The position numbers and the translations under genes were made by a program. The notes below the pieces were generated by a model that saw only the letters and a list, made by a program, of their open reading frames with translations, did not search any database and was not told where the DNA came from. Of a stretch of DNA of 64,000 nt, positions 8,572-16,761 are shown piece after piece (positions within the stretch are counted from its first letter, which is position 1; every line of letters begins with the position of its first letter). This DNA comes from a virus (taxonomy: Duplodnaviria > Caudoviricetes). The stretch spans positions 1 through 64,000 of the IMG/VR virus record IMGVR_UViG_2708742752_000007; one strand, given 5' to 3'.

Positions 8572-8797
8572 TCACCTTCTTCTGTTTGCTGCATATTTTG
8601 CACTTCCACTTGAACCCATCCGGGCTGGAATTGTCGGCACAGAACTCAAGCATGGTCTTGATCTTCCGGCAGCCGGGGCAATACTTGAGACCCTGTCGCG
8701 CCAGCTCGTACTTGAGGTGCCAGCGTTTGTCGGCGGGCGTCCGCCAGCGGTCTGCCGGAAAGCCACAAAGCCACTTTGGCGGATCGTAGAGCTTCAT
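8528..8797 (-). CDS. zinc-finger protein (resembles the N-terminal Zn domain of HNH/EndoVII homing nucleases, no nuclease domain)
   Basis: KYCPGCRKIK...F...DG...CKIC. Confidence 0.55.
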   Translation of the reverse strand: MKLYDPPKWLCGFPADRWRTPADKRWHLKYELARQGLKYCPGCRKIKTMLEFCADNSSPDGFKWKCKICSKQKKVNDGSNPTIRHTQDS

Positions 8798-8856
8798 ACT
8801 CCTGTCTCAACTGCTGCCGCATGGCCTCGCGCAGCTCGTCGAGTCCAATATTGGAC

Positions 8857-9327
8857 TCACTTCCAGGCCCGTTTGACATCACTCACCAGCTTATCAGCTA
8901 CGATATGCCACACGTCACTGTAGGCCATACCGCCATAAATCGAGCCGCCCACTATACACGTCTCACGCCATGGCGCACCCAGGATCAGGGCGATTGCCAT
9001 GGCTGGCAAGAGCAGGATGGCAGCCCGTACCAGTGTGCCGGTGATAGGCGTGTGAGACCCAAGCAGGGTTTTCCACCAGTTGTCTCGCCATTGCCTCCGG
9101 TACATACCATAGCGATGCGGCAGGGCCTCTTCGTAGTCCTCCAGCCCCAAAAAGTCGCCTACTGCGCCCAAACGCTGTGCAATGTCGGCATCCGGGTTGA
9201 CGTAGTAGGTCAAAGTGATGCCCGTTTGCACTGCCAGAAATACCGGGAAATCGAGCAGAATTACAGAAAAGCAGCTCAAAAACTGCGCAAAGGCGGTAAT
9301 TCTGCGATGAGTTGGGCCGTTAGGCAT
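8857..9327 (-). CDS. DUF2227-like putative metal-binding membrane protein
   Basis: MPNGPTH...PDADI...PHR...SHTPITGTLVR...HIVAD. Confidence 0.7.
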   Translation of the reverse strand: MPNGPTHRRITAFAQFLSCFSVILLDFPVFLAVQTGITLTYYVNPDADIAQRLGAVGDFLGLEDYEEALPHRYGMYRRQWRDNWWKTLLGSHTPITGTLVRAAILLLPAMAIALILGAPWRETCIVGGSIYGGMAYSDVWHIVADKLVSDVKRAWK

Positions 9328-9520
9328 GGTCGAGTACGTCCAACGTGTCGTAGCGGTAGATCCACTTCAGACTGACCAGGCTGCGCCACAAGTCCAGTCT
9401 ACACGACTCGCGGCGGCGGATGATCAGGTCCTCAAGATCTCGCAACCTATCGTCTGCTTTGTATTGCGCTTGCTGGATGGCAGCCAAGTCGCCCACGATG
9501 CTCGTTTTAATTGTGTTCAT
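9320..9520 (-). CDS. hypothetical protein
   Basis: start MNTIKT coupled to upstream stop. Confidence 0.55.
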   Translation of the reverse strand: MNTIKTSIVGDLAAIQQAQYKADDRLRDLEDLIIRRRESCRLDLWRSLVSLKWIYRYDTLDVLDHA

Positions 9521-9909
9521 GTAAGTCTGAACTTTTTTATGTTGTGTGGCTGCCCCCACACCTGTACCCAGACTACAATAAAAAAGTCGTCGATGTAGAT
9601 TACCTCGCCCTTATGGCTGCGCTCGAAATAGTCTAGAGCCTCTTTGTATCTGATCCCGAAGAACCTAGATAGATCGGCACAACTATCCATGTAGCGGTGC
9701 TCTGGTCTGCCAGACTTGTCCAGGCCGATCACCAGAATCTTCCACTCGGCGTTCTTCTTTTTCTCCTCAATCTCTGAGAGACGCCGAGCTACTTCCAATG
9801 AGCTTGCGTAATCCTCAAGAATGCGCAACACCTTGCTGAGATCACGCCGAATATCGACAAACCACATCGAAGCTGTATCAAACCACTTGCCTACCTTCCA
9901 GATCTTCAC
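9517..9909 (-). CDS. hypothetical protein
   Basis: GGGAGG SD, coupled. Confidence 0.65.
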   Translation of the reverse strand: MKIWKVGKWFDTASMWFVDIRRDLSKVLRILEDYASSLEVARRLSEIEEKKKNAEWKILVIGLDKSGRPEHRYMDSCADLSRFFGIRYKEALDYFERSHKGEVIYIDDFFIVVWVQVWGQPHNIKKFRLT

Positions 9910-10586
9910 CCATTCCTCCCATTTTGCTTGACAGCGGACAGCCAGCGTCGTGCTGTCCGGTCACTTATGCCAGCCTCCGCAACGATATCCATCACTGTCA
10001 GGTCAGGTGGCCTGTCAGTGTCAGACAGGAATGCATGCTTGTCTGACCAACGCCGGACATGTGTCCGGTCAATGTCCGGGTTGTCCTTATGTGTCCTCTT
10101 ACGCTCCTCCCTGGCTCTGGCTACTTCCTGTACCCGCCTGGCATGGCTGGATATGAGTGAGATCACCTGGTAAGTGACAAATGCCAGCACGAACAAAGCA
10201 GCCGGTGCATATATTACTGACTTGGGTATGACTTCCAGGATGACTGTAAGTAACAAGCCTGTTATGAAATAAATAGCGATCATGGTTTTGCCCCTGCCCA
10301 CCGGGGCAAATGGGTCGCTCTTGACTCTGGCAGGGTCACTATTGTAGTCACTCATTTCTATGGTCACATACATAGCTGCCAACCCAAGCATTTCAAGTGT
10401 TATGCCGATAGTCCATGCCACGCTGTATGGAATGTTAAAATGCCATGCCACTGACCTAGCAACCAAATAGGCTGGCGCTACAGGAGCCGCCCAAGGCCCA
10501 ATTCTGGTTGCCAAGACAATCATGATGTGCTCCAGCCTATCGAAGAACGATATTATGCCACGCTCAACACTGTCCAACTCTCCCAT
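9906..10586 (-). CDS. multi-pass membrane protein with C-terminal HTH
   Basis: about 4 hydrophobic segments, coiled coil, LTVMDIVAEAGISDRTARRW HTH. Confidence 0.75.
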   Translation of the reverse strand: MGELDSVERGIISFFDRLEHIMIVLATRIGPWAAPVAPAYLVARSVAWHFNIPYSVAWTIGITLEMLGLAAMYVTIEMSDYNSDPARVKSDPFAPVGRGKTMIAIYFITGLLLTVILEVIPKSVIYAPAALFVLAFVTYQVISLISSHARRVQEVARAREERKRTHKDNPDIDRTHVRRWSDKHAFLSDTDRPPDLTVMDIVAEAGISDRTARRWLSAVKQNGRNG

Positions 10587-10609
10587 AAGTAGTCTCCCAA
10601 CTCACTCAG

Positions 10610-10933
10610 CTACTTCACCAACAATGCCTTGATGGCATAGTAATCCGGGTTGACCAGGCGTCCTACAAACTCAGACAGAGTCTCCATGAGCCCAAGGCCC
10701 AATAGCAGGAAGATCATGACACAAAACACTATAGGTATCAACCAGATTTCACTATCCGTCCCTATCCTGAACTTCCTCAAACAGAACAGGCAGCAGGCTA
10801 TCGAGCCAGCTATAGCTGCCAACAGCAAGGCCGTCCCAATGCCATGCACCCACGTCTCGTAAGCCACCTGTCGCTCGGCGATGGTCCATACGCGCGGGCC
10901 AAGACTCATGATAAGAGCCATTAAAGTTTCCAT
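10610..10933 (-). CDS. two-TM membrane protein
   Basis: two hydrophobic helices, C-terminal NPDYYAIK. Confidence 0.7.
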   Translation of the reverse strand: METLMALIMSLGPRVWTIAERQVAYETWVHGIGTALLLAAIAGSIACCLFCLRKFRIGTDSEIWLIPIVFCVMIFLLLGLGLMETLSEFVGRLVNPDYYAIKALLVK

Positions 10934-10966
10934 TTCCGTTCCTCTCCTTTTGTCCAACTAGCTCAG

Positions 10967-11311
10967 TTACTCATTGAGTAAGATACTCCATAGTACGCCT
11001 GTGGCTACCCAGGCGATGGCGGCCAGCTCGTCAGGCCGCAATAAAAGCTGCGTCGTGATGGTGCCATCCTTTTCAGCCTGGAAGTAGATGGTATCGACGG
11101 GATGTCCTACGACAGTCCCGGCGCTGAATTTGCAATTGGAATATTCCTGGCAGATCAGTTCTGTAAACTCTAGCTCACCATCTATCCAATGTCTTGGGTC
11201 GTCAATGGTCTGGTTTCTCATTATTTTATTATCCCCCCAGTGGACCGGCGAGTTGTCCAGGTCGCTCAGCGTGCATGGTGTTGCAGTTTGGTACTGCCGG
11301 ACCAGGGACAT
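10967..11311 (-). CDS. hypothetical protein
   Basis: 114-aa ORF in operon. Confidence 0.6.
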   Translation of the reverse strand: MSLVRQYQTATPCTLSDLDNSPVHWGDNKIMRNQTIDDPRHWIDGELEFTELICQEYSNCKFSAGTVVGHPVDTIYFQAEKDGTITTQLLLRPDELAAIAWVATGVLWSILLNE

Positions 11312-11393
11312 TCCTGCTTAGAGGAAGTCAACCCCACGCTACGCCCTTCACACGCGCTGCCCTCGATGCAACTCGCCAGCCCACCGGGATGCC

Positions 11394-11726
11394 CTAAAAC
11401 CGTCTCAGCTTTCTGTATCCCATAGCTGCTTCGCCCCTGTTTCTTCCCTGTGCGTTTTGCAGCAATAGGCGTCCTTCGGGCCATATGCCACGCGATAACA
11501 ACACCACGCTGCCGATCAGGATGATCTGGCTAAGCACGTTGGTAAAGTCAACAGGTGGATAGAGACCTATATGATTGACGACCAGTGCTGTCGCCAATCC
11601 ATACAAACCGGAACGCAGCCAGTCAGCCCAATAATCTGCCAGCCCAAAGTGCTGTGCCAGCATAACCAGAGCCGTGATAAATGGCACCAACTCAAAACCG
11701 TTGAACCTTAAATCAGGCAATTCCAT
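11394..11726 (-). CDS. three-TM membrane protein (holin-like)
   Basis: three hydrophobic segments, basic C-terminus. Confidence 0.5.
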   Translation of the reverse strand: MELPDLRFNGFELVPFITALVMLAQHFGLADYWADWLRSGLYGLATALVVNHIGLYPPVDFTNVLSQIILIGSVVLLSRGIWPEGRLLLQNAQGRNRGEAAMGYRKLRRF

Positions 11727-11729
11727 ATC

Positions 11730-13049
11730 CTACTCCTCTCGACTATGACCATTATTACCCTCCAAAAATGCGTCTGCGTTTTGCGACCACCTCCCCTCAC
11801 GTATGTACTGGCGTAGGGCTTCCAGAGCCATAGGATATGGCAATGCCAGTAAATATGACTGCCCCTTGGTAGTCGGCGGCGTGAGTGCCCCTGCCAGCCC
11901 GTAGTTGCGGTAGGCGTTCTTCACATAATCGTACCCAAGATCCTTGTGGGTAGGTGCCATCTTGTTGATCCCAAGGATTGAGGCACCTGCCTCAAGGTTG
12001 GCGGCTGCGTCGTGAAATAGCCTGATGCGTGCATCGTCTTCCAGGGTATCTTCTATATTGGCATATATCGTAGCGTCGATGTCGCCTGGCAAGCGCACCA
12101 GCATAGCTTGCCCGTGGATCAACCCGCGCACGCCTGGCTCTTTCAACAGGAACTCACCCGGCTGCACGGGCAATTCGTTGTCGTTGGGCCGCATGCCCAG
12201 GATCACCCTGGCGTGATCGCGGCTGTCCACGCTGAACATAATCTTGCGGTCGGCATTGGTGCGGATGGGCGTGGGCACCACGTCGAACCTGGGGTGCTGC
12301 ACCGCCATGATGACCACCCCGCGTGAGCGCAACTGCGATAGGATGGTGGTCAGCAGCCGGATGGCACTAGCACGCTCGCCCCGGTCTGGGGCTTGGTGTG
12401 TCAGCATAGCTATTTCGTCGATCATGAGCAGGATCTTCTTGCTGGTGTCACCATAGCGCATATCCTGCTCGACTTCTTCCAGCAAACGAATAGCTTGTCC
12501 TATGCCAGCCTCCATGTCGATAGTGGCATAGCCCGCCAGCAGCGGTCGCCACATATGCAGACAGTCGTTCTCGTCAGCCTTCAGGTCGATCAGATATACT
12601 TTCCAACTTTCGCTGAAACGCTTGCCCTTGCTGAAGAATTGAATGAGCAGCTTGTTCAATTCATTCGTCTTTCCGCCGCCGGTACTAGATCCGATTAGCG
12701 TGTGGTGCTTGCTGAAATCGACCTTGATAGGCCGCTTGCGGTCGAAGCCAACTACAGCCATAAGTGGCTGGGATAGCTTGTACACCGACACCAGTTCCGA
12801 CACGCTATGGGCTGCCAGTGGGCGGGATGGCTGGCGCGGTCTGTTGCGGGCATTCATAATAGCCGACTCGGTACGATAGTAGATGCCGTAGACTACGTTG
12901 CACACGAACAAGATCAGTCCATATACCAGGATGCCCACCCACGTTTCCAGGCGGATCTTGGCCCGCTTGCGTGAAGCTATGTAGACAGCATGGCCCGTTC
13001 CCCACACTACGAATGCAACCCAGAAGACACCCCAGTAGCTAATCTCCAT
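11730..13049 (-). CDS. FtsK/SpoIIIE (TraB-like) membrane ATPase
   Basis: N-terminal TMs, HTLIGSSTGGGKT Walker A, LIDLK, LLMIDEIA Walker B, R-SRGVVIMAVQHP. Confidence 0.8.
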   Translation of the reverse strand: MEISYWGVFWVAFVVWGTGHAVYIASRKRAKIRLETWVGILVYGLILFVCNVVYGIYYRTESAIMNARNRPRQPSRPLAAHSVSELVSVYKLSQPLMAVVGFDRKRPIKVDFSKHHTLIGSSTGGGKTNELNKLLIQFFSKGKRFSESWKVYLIDLKADENDCLHMWRPLLAGYATIDMEAGIGQAIRLLEEVEQDMRYGDTSKKILLMIDEIAMLTHQAPDRGERASAIRLLTTILSQLRSRGVVIMAVQHPRFDVVPTPIRTNADRKIMFSVDSRDHARVILGMRPNDNELPVQPGEFLLKEPGVRGLIHGQAMLVRLPGDIDATIYANIEDTLEDDARIRLFHDAAANLEAGASILGINKMAPTHKDLGYDYVKNAYRNYGLAGALTPPTTKGQSYLLALPYPMALEALRQYIREGRWSQNADAFLEGNNGHSREE

Positions 13050-13716
13050 AGATCGTGTTCCATAACACAGTTCTGTTATAGTCCTTAGCCTCGCGCTCTT
13101 CGATCAAACCACGCCCCAGGGCATCGAAGACCATACGCTGTGCCATGTACATGGTGGGAAAGTCATCTGGTCCTGGTCGTGGCGACGAGCCGCGCACCCG
13201 CTTGATGGATCGGTCGAAGTCAGGCGGCACACGGTTGCCGTCGATGTAGGCATTGTTATCACTACTGACGTGTACCCGTTCCATGTGCTCGCCAGTCAGG
13301 AAGCCCCACACCCGGTAACGCCAGGGCGTGGAATAGCTGACGGCAGGCGATTTATCGGTGATCGGATCGGTGATACCCTTCTGGCTAAATACGCCAGAGA
13401 ACTTGTACAGGGCACCCCCACCCCGCTCGTCGTTGCGGCATACCACGTAGATCTCGTGTAGCCAGCGCAGGAACTCCATGATGCCGAAACGAACGGGCCA
13501 TATGAGGCTGAGCACGATGGCGATGTGGTAAGGCGCGGACGACTGGAAGCCAGGGGCAGCCAGATAAGCAAAGTTCCAGATCAGGAACAGCCGCCAGCAT
13601 GCCATCGAGAACTCCTCGACGACCTCGTAGAAGGCTCGCCTGCCCCACCACTCGACGACGAGACCGGGTTGCAGGCGACTGGCTACACCTGCGGGAACTC
13701 GCCGTTGTATTGCCAT
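13039..13716 (-). CDS. membrane protein, possible bacterial PH-like domain
   Basis: two TMs then W...YVV...KFSGVF pattern. Confidence 0.55.
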   Translation of the reverse strand: MAIQRRVPAGVASRLQPGLVVEWWGRRAFYEVVEEFSMACWRLFLIWNFAYLAAPGFQSSAPYHIAIVLSLIWPVRFGIMEFLRWLHEIYVVCRNDERGGGALYKFSGVFSQKGITDPITDKSPAVSYSTPWRYRVWGFLTGEHMERVHVSSDNNAYIDGNRVPPDFDRSIKRVRGSSPRPGPDDFPTMYMAQRMVFDALGRGLIEEREAKDYNRTVLWNTIYGD

Positions 13717-13916
13717 GCCCCATTCACCACTTCTATCTGACTTCCGTTCTTACGCAAATAGCCTGCCTGGACCAAGTTTAACACCTGCTGAAATGCGGTC
13801 GCCTTGGCTACCCGCGCCATGCCCTTGATCGCTGCATAGCTGGGACTATTACCATCGTGGGTCTCCTTGTATTCGATTATCGCCTTCAAAACCCGCACGC
13901 TTGTCTTGTTTACCAT
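13683..13916 (-). CDS. LexA-type winged-helix DNA-binding domain only (no peptidase domain)
   Basis: RVLKAIIEYKETHDGNSPSYAAIK...AFQQVLNLVQAGYLRK matches the LexA N-terminal pattern. Confidence 0.7.
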   Translation of the reverse strand: MVNKTSVRVLKAIIEYKETHDGNSPSYAAIKGMARVAKATAFQQVLNLVQAGYLRKNGSQIEVVNGAWQYNGEFPQV

Positions 13917-14362
13917 ATCCAGAAACATACCCCATGATTTCTGCCCGTCGTGGTGTGGCAGACAACTGCACCCCACCACAAACCACGTCGGTACTTCTTG
14001 ATGAGTCCCGCCCGCCACAGTTGGTTGAGGTGCCTCGTCAGCGGCGGCCAGGCTTTGTGCGGATAGTCAGGCGGGCACCTGAATAGCCCATGCTGCCGGG
14101 CTGCTTGCATGATGTCCTGGTAGCTGAGCAAGCCACCCTCCCGAAAGATACCCCGCAACCTGGTCAACAGCGGCATAGTTTGTGGCGACAATTGTTCCTG
14201 GGTGAGTACGTATTCGGCACCGACTACCATCTCTTCCAGATCGCCCGTGATGAAGGGGTTCTTGCGTTCTTCAACCGGCACGACGGGGCGATCCTCGTAT
14301 AATATGAATTCGGGTATCTTACGCCCCTCTTTAGGATCGAAATCGTAAATTACGTCAACCAC
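13910..14362 (-). CDS. hypothetical protein, possible wHTH
   Basis: LTRHLNQLWRAGLIKK wing-like motif. Confidence 0.55.
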   Translation of the reverse strand: MVDVIYDFDPKEGRKIPEFILYEDRPVVPVEERKNPFITGDLEEMVVGAEYVLTQEQLSPQTMPLLTRLRGIFREGGLLSYQDIMQAARQHGLFRCPPDYPHKAWPPLTRHLNQLWRAGLIKKYRRGLWWGAVVCHTTTGRNHGVCFWIW

Positions 14363-14831
14363 AGGCTGTCACCCATGCGAATAGAGAGTCGGGCACTTTC
14401 CAGCCACCTGTCACACGTTCCAGTTGCCACGAGCTGTCGAAGTCCTTTGGCTTTAGACTCTTCCTGTTGTTGGCCATGGCTGCCTGTTCGACCTGATAAT
14501 AAGTGTCAAACGGCACCATGATGGCGATGCCAGCTTTCCTGTCAGTGCGCCAATTGATGAACACCAGCGCCAGCCCTACACTCGCGGCGACTATCAAGCC
14601 TGCGCGTTGGTGCGGCTTCAGGTTTTCCAGCGGGAAGCGGGGTGACTTGACCCGCTTGACTTCAGCCGCCCAGAACTTGCCGTCGATAGTCGCGCCGTAG
14701 TAGTCCCATGGCTTCTGGCGCACCTGGCGCTGGCCCGCCCGGTTGAAGGCGGCATCGTCCAGTCGCTCGGCGATTGGGTAGATGGCCCTGAGAAGCTCTC
14801 CGACCTCGCGCTCAAACTCATTCCTCGCCAC
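14355..14831 (-). CDS. RecU-like Holliday junction resolvase (PD-(D/E)xK)
   Basis: PWDYYG...GKFWAAEVK...FPLENLKPHQ. Confidence 0.75.
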   Translation of the reverse strand: MARNEFEREVGELLRAIYPIAERLDDAAFNRAGQRQVRQKPWDYYGATIDGKFWAAEVKRVKSPRFPLENLKPHQRAGLIVAASVGLALVFINWRTDRKAGIAIMVPFDTYYQVEQAAMANNRKSLKPKDFDSSWQLERVTGGWKVPDSLFAWVTACG

Positions 14832-15261
14832 TCTCCACCTCGATTCCTTCCAGGCTCGCCAGCAGTATATCCACGGCAGCCTGGGCTGTGCCTACCAGCA
14901 ATTCGAATGTGCCGACGTGCCCCATGCAGGCGATCTCTTGCTGCGAAACAGTCCCACGAGTAACATCCCGCTCAGGCCAGCGGTTGGCTCTGTACAGCGC
15001 CTTCAACTCGGCTTCGCAGTCGTAGCCACCTCGGTGGTGGCGCTTGTAGTGGCAGGCTGTACACAGGCTCATACGCAAGATCCAATGCTCTTTGGTCATG
15101 TCGCCCAACGCGCCCCGTCCGAAAACGTGGTGCGCCTCGGCGGCATCTACACCCGCCTCGCCCAGTACCCACTTGTGGTACTGGCAGTGACCGCCGTCAC
15201 GCATGTAGGCGATGCTGCCTGCGATAGAACGCAGGGTGATCAACGTGTCATTTTCGGGCAT
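14818..15261 (-). CDS. HNH-family nuclease (NinG-like)
   Basis: RDGGHCQY...EAHHVFGRG...LCTACHYKRH. Confidence 0.65.
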   Translation of the reverse strand: MPENDTLITLRSIAGSIAYMRDGGHCQYHKWVLGEAGVDAAEAHHVFGRGALGDMTKEHWILRMSLCTACHYKRHHRGGYDCEAELKALYRANRWPERDVTRGTVSQQEIACMGHVGTFELLVGTAQAAVDILLASLEGIEVESGEE

Positions 15262-15358
15262 TCTTGTGCTGGCTAACCAACAGGGCAAAGCCAACCCAGA
15301 AGATGCTGGCGACCACTGCCCCGCCTATCAAGCCCACCCATAGCTCTGGTATGAACAT
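15248..15358 (-). CDS. 36-aa single-TM peptide
   Basis: MFIPELWVGLIGGAVVASIFWVGFALLVSQHKNARK; GGGAGG SD; TAATG coupling. Confidence 0.6.
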   Translation of the reverse strand: MFIPELWVGLIGGAVVASIFWVGFALLVSQHKNARK

Positions 15359-15729
15359 TATTCGACCTCCCGACTGCGCCGTACTCGACGTGGCGGAGTC
15401 CAAGTATTGGACTCGACGAGCGGTTCTGCATTGGTGTCGGACTTGGATGGTGTCGATTCGATATTAGTGCTGGGCCACGATGCGCTGGTAGAGCTGGACT
15501 TGACTTCTTCCTCATCGGGTTTAGCCTCGACCTGCTTGCGACTCTCTTCGACCAGTTGCAGCACGTCCTCATTCGTCAACAAGCTATAGCCAGACATATT
15601 AAGCTCAAACAGCACTCGTCCAGCTTTGCCCAGGTAAGCGTCACGCATATGCTGCTGCTCCTGATCCCAAGCGTCAGTTGTCACATCGGCTATGTATATA
15701 GCCCTTGCCAAAACAGTTTTGTGATCCAT
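15358..15729 (-). CDS. hypothetical protein, first gene of the middle operon
   Basis: GGGAGGG SD. Confidence 0.7.
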   Translation of the reverse strand: MDHKTVLARAIYIADVTTDAWDQEQQHMRDAYLGKAGRVLFELNMSGYSLLTNEDVLQLVEESRKQVEAKPDEEEVKSSSTSASWPSTNIESTPSKSDTNAEPLVESNTWTPPRRVRRSREVE

Positions 15730-15739
15730 CTTTCCCTCC

Positions 15740-15753
15740 CGAACGTTTGTTTA
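15740..15753. promoter_or_regulatory. LexA-like box over the leftward transcription start
   Basis: CGAAC-GTTT-GTTTA just downstream of the -10. Confidence 0.45.
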
Positions 15754-15757
15754 TACT

Positions 15758-15786
15758 AATTTACCATAAAAAGCCAGCTTAGTCAA
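15758..15786 (-). promoter_or_regulatory. sigma70-type leftward promoter
   Basis: TTGACT-17 nt-TAAATT with TG extension. Confidence 0.65.
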
Positions 15787-15819
15787 GACCGTCACCTTAA
15801 AAACTTTAATGTAACTATC

Positions 15820-15848
15820 TTGCTAATGTTAAAAAAACGTGTTATTAT
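15820..15848 (+). promoter_or_regulatory. sigma70-type rightward (late) promoter
   Basis: TTGCTA-17 nt-TATTAT with TG extension; predicted +1 near the ATG at 15855. Confidence 0.65.
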
Positions 15849-15854
15849 GTTTAT

Positions 15855-16292
15855 ATGGCAAACCAGAGGCAGTTCTCGGATGAGTACATCGACCAGTTGC
15901 GCATCTATTATATCGAAAACAACATAACTATCAAGGCGCTGGCGCTGGCCTCTGAGACCCTGTTTGGGATGGCAATCGAAGAGGAAAACCTGAGATTCAT
16001 CTCTAAAAAAGACAGGTGGTCAGTCCAGAAGTCCCGTCATCTGATGGGCAAAGAAGGCTTACCCATCGATCAAGCCGACGAGCTGGACGACATGAAGCGA
16101 CTGCTGTACGACGCGATCAACGACGCCGACGAGCCACCCAATGCCAAGGAATTGCCGGGTTTGATCAAAGCCTACATGGAAATCAGCAACGCTATGGCTG
16201 CCAGCGGCGTGGCAGGCAGTGCCAAGTCCAGCCGCCAGCAGGCTATCGAAATTGCACGGGAGGTGCTAGGTGCTGACCATCGCCAACGTTGA
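15855..16292 (+). CDS. putative terminase small subunit
   Basis: position before TerL, N-terminal HTH-like segment, ...KKDRW motif. Confidence 0.6.
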   Translation: MANQRQFSDEYIDQLRIYYIENNITIKALALASETLFGMAIEEENLRFISKKDRWSVQKSRHLMGKEGLPIDQADELDDMKRLLYDAINDADEPPNAKELPGLIKAYMEISNAMAASGVAGSAKSSRQQAIEIAREVLGADHRQR

Positions 16293-16461
16293 GTTCGACG
16301 AGAGAGATCTGAACCTGATCGCGTTCGCCAAGCTGTATGTAGAACGATTTGGTGCATTCGGGGCGTCCAACCACCACAGTATGCTGGTCATTCAAAAGCT
16401 GGCGAGCATCGTGGAGAAGCAGAACCAGTTTGCCACGGAACTGTGGCGAAGTAAGCAATAG
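16270..16461 (+). CDS. hypothetical protein
   Basis: GGGAGGTG SD, 63 aa. Confidence 0.55.
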   Translation: MLTIANVEFDERDLNLIAFAKLYVERFGAFGASNHHSMLVIQKLASIVEKQNQFATELWRSKQ

Positions 16462-16469
16462 GAAAGATC

Positions 16470-16715
16470 ATGCAAGATCAAACAGACGAGCTGGAAAGAT
16501 GCAAAGCTGACCCTGTTCACTTTATTGAAACCTATTGCTATTCTCAGGATAAGAACACTGGACACATTGGGCCACTCAAATTGCTTCCACACCAGCGCCA
16601 ACTGTTTGAATCACTAGAGCAAGGCCATTTTACCTTGCTAAAATTTAGAGATAGTTATTCACGGAGAGCCAGGCAAATGTTATCTGTTATACCTATCCGA
16701 ACACCAGATCCGTGA
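16470..16715 (+). CDS. stand-alone copy of a terminase large subunit N-terminal fragment
   Basis: ELERCKADPVHFIETY...LLPHQRQL...LLKFR parallels EIVRCSLDPIYFIENY...PFPYQRKM...ALKSR of the downstream TerL. Confidence 0.6.
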   Translation: MQDQTDELERCKADPVHFIETYCYSQDKNTGHIGPLKLLPHQRQLFESLEQGHFTLLKFRDSYSRRARQMLSVIPIRTPDP

Positions 16716-16761
16716 AATAGTCCGCTGTAGTCTCGATCCTATCTACTTCATAGAGAATTAT

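Noticed and set aside
8646-8882. 78-aa minus-strand ORF
   Set aside because: Mostly overlaps the better-supported Zn-finger ORF 8528..8797
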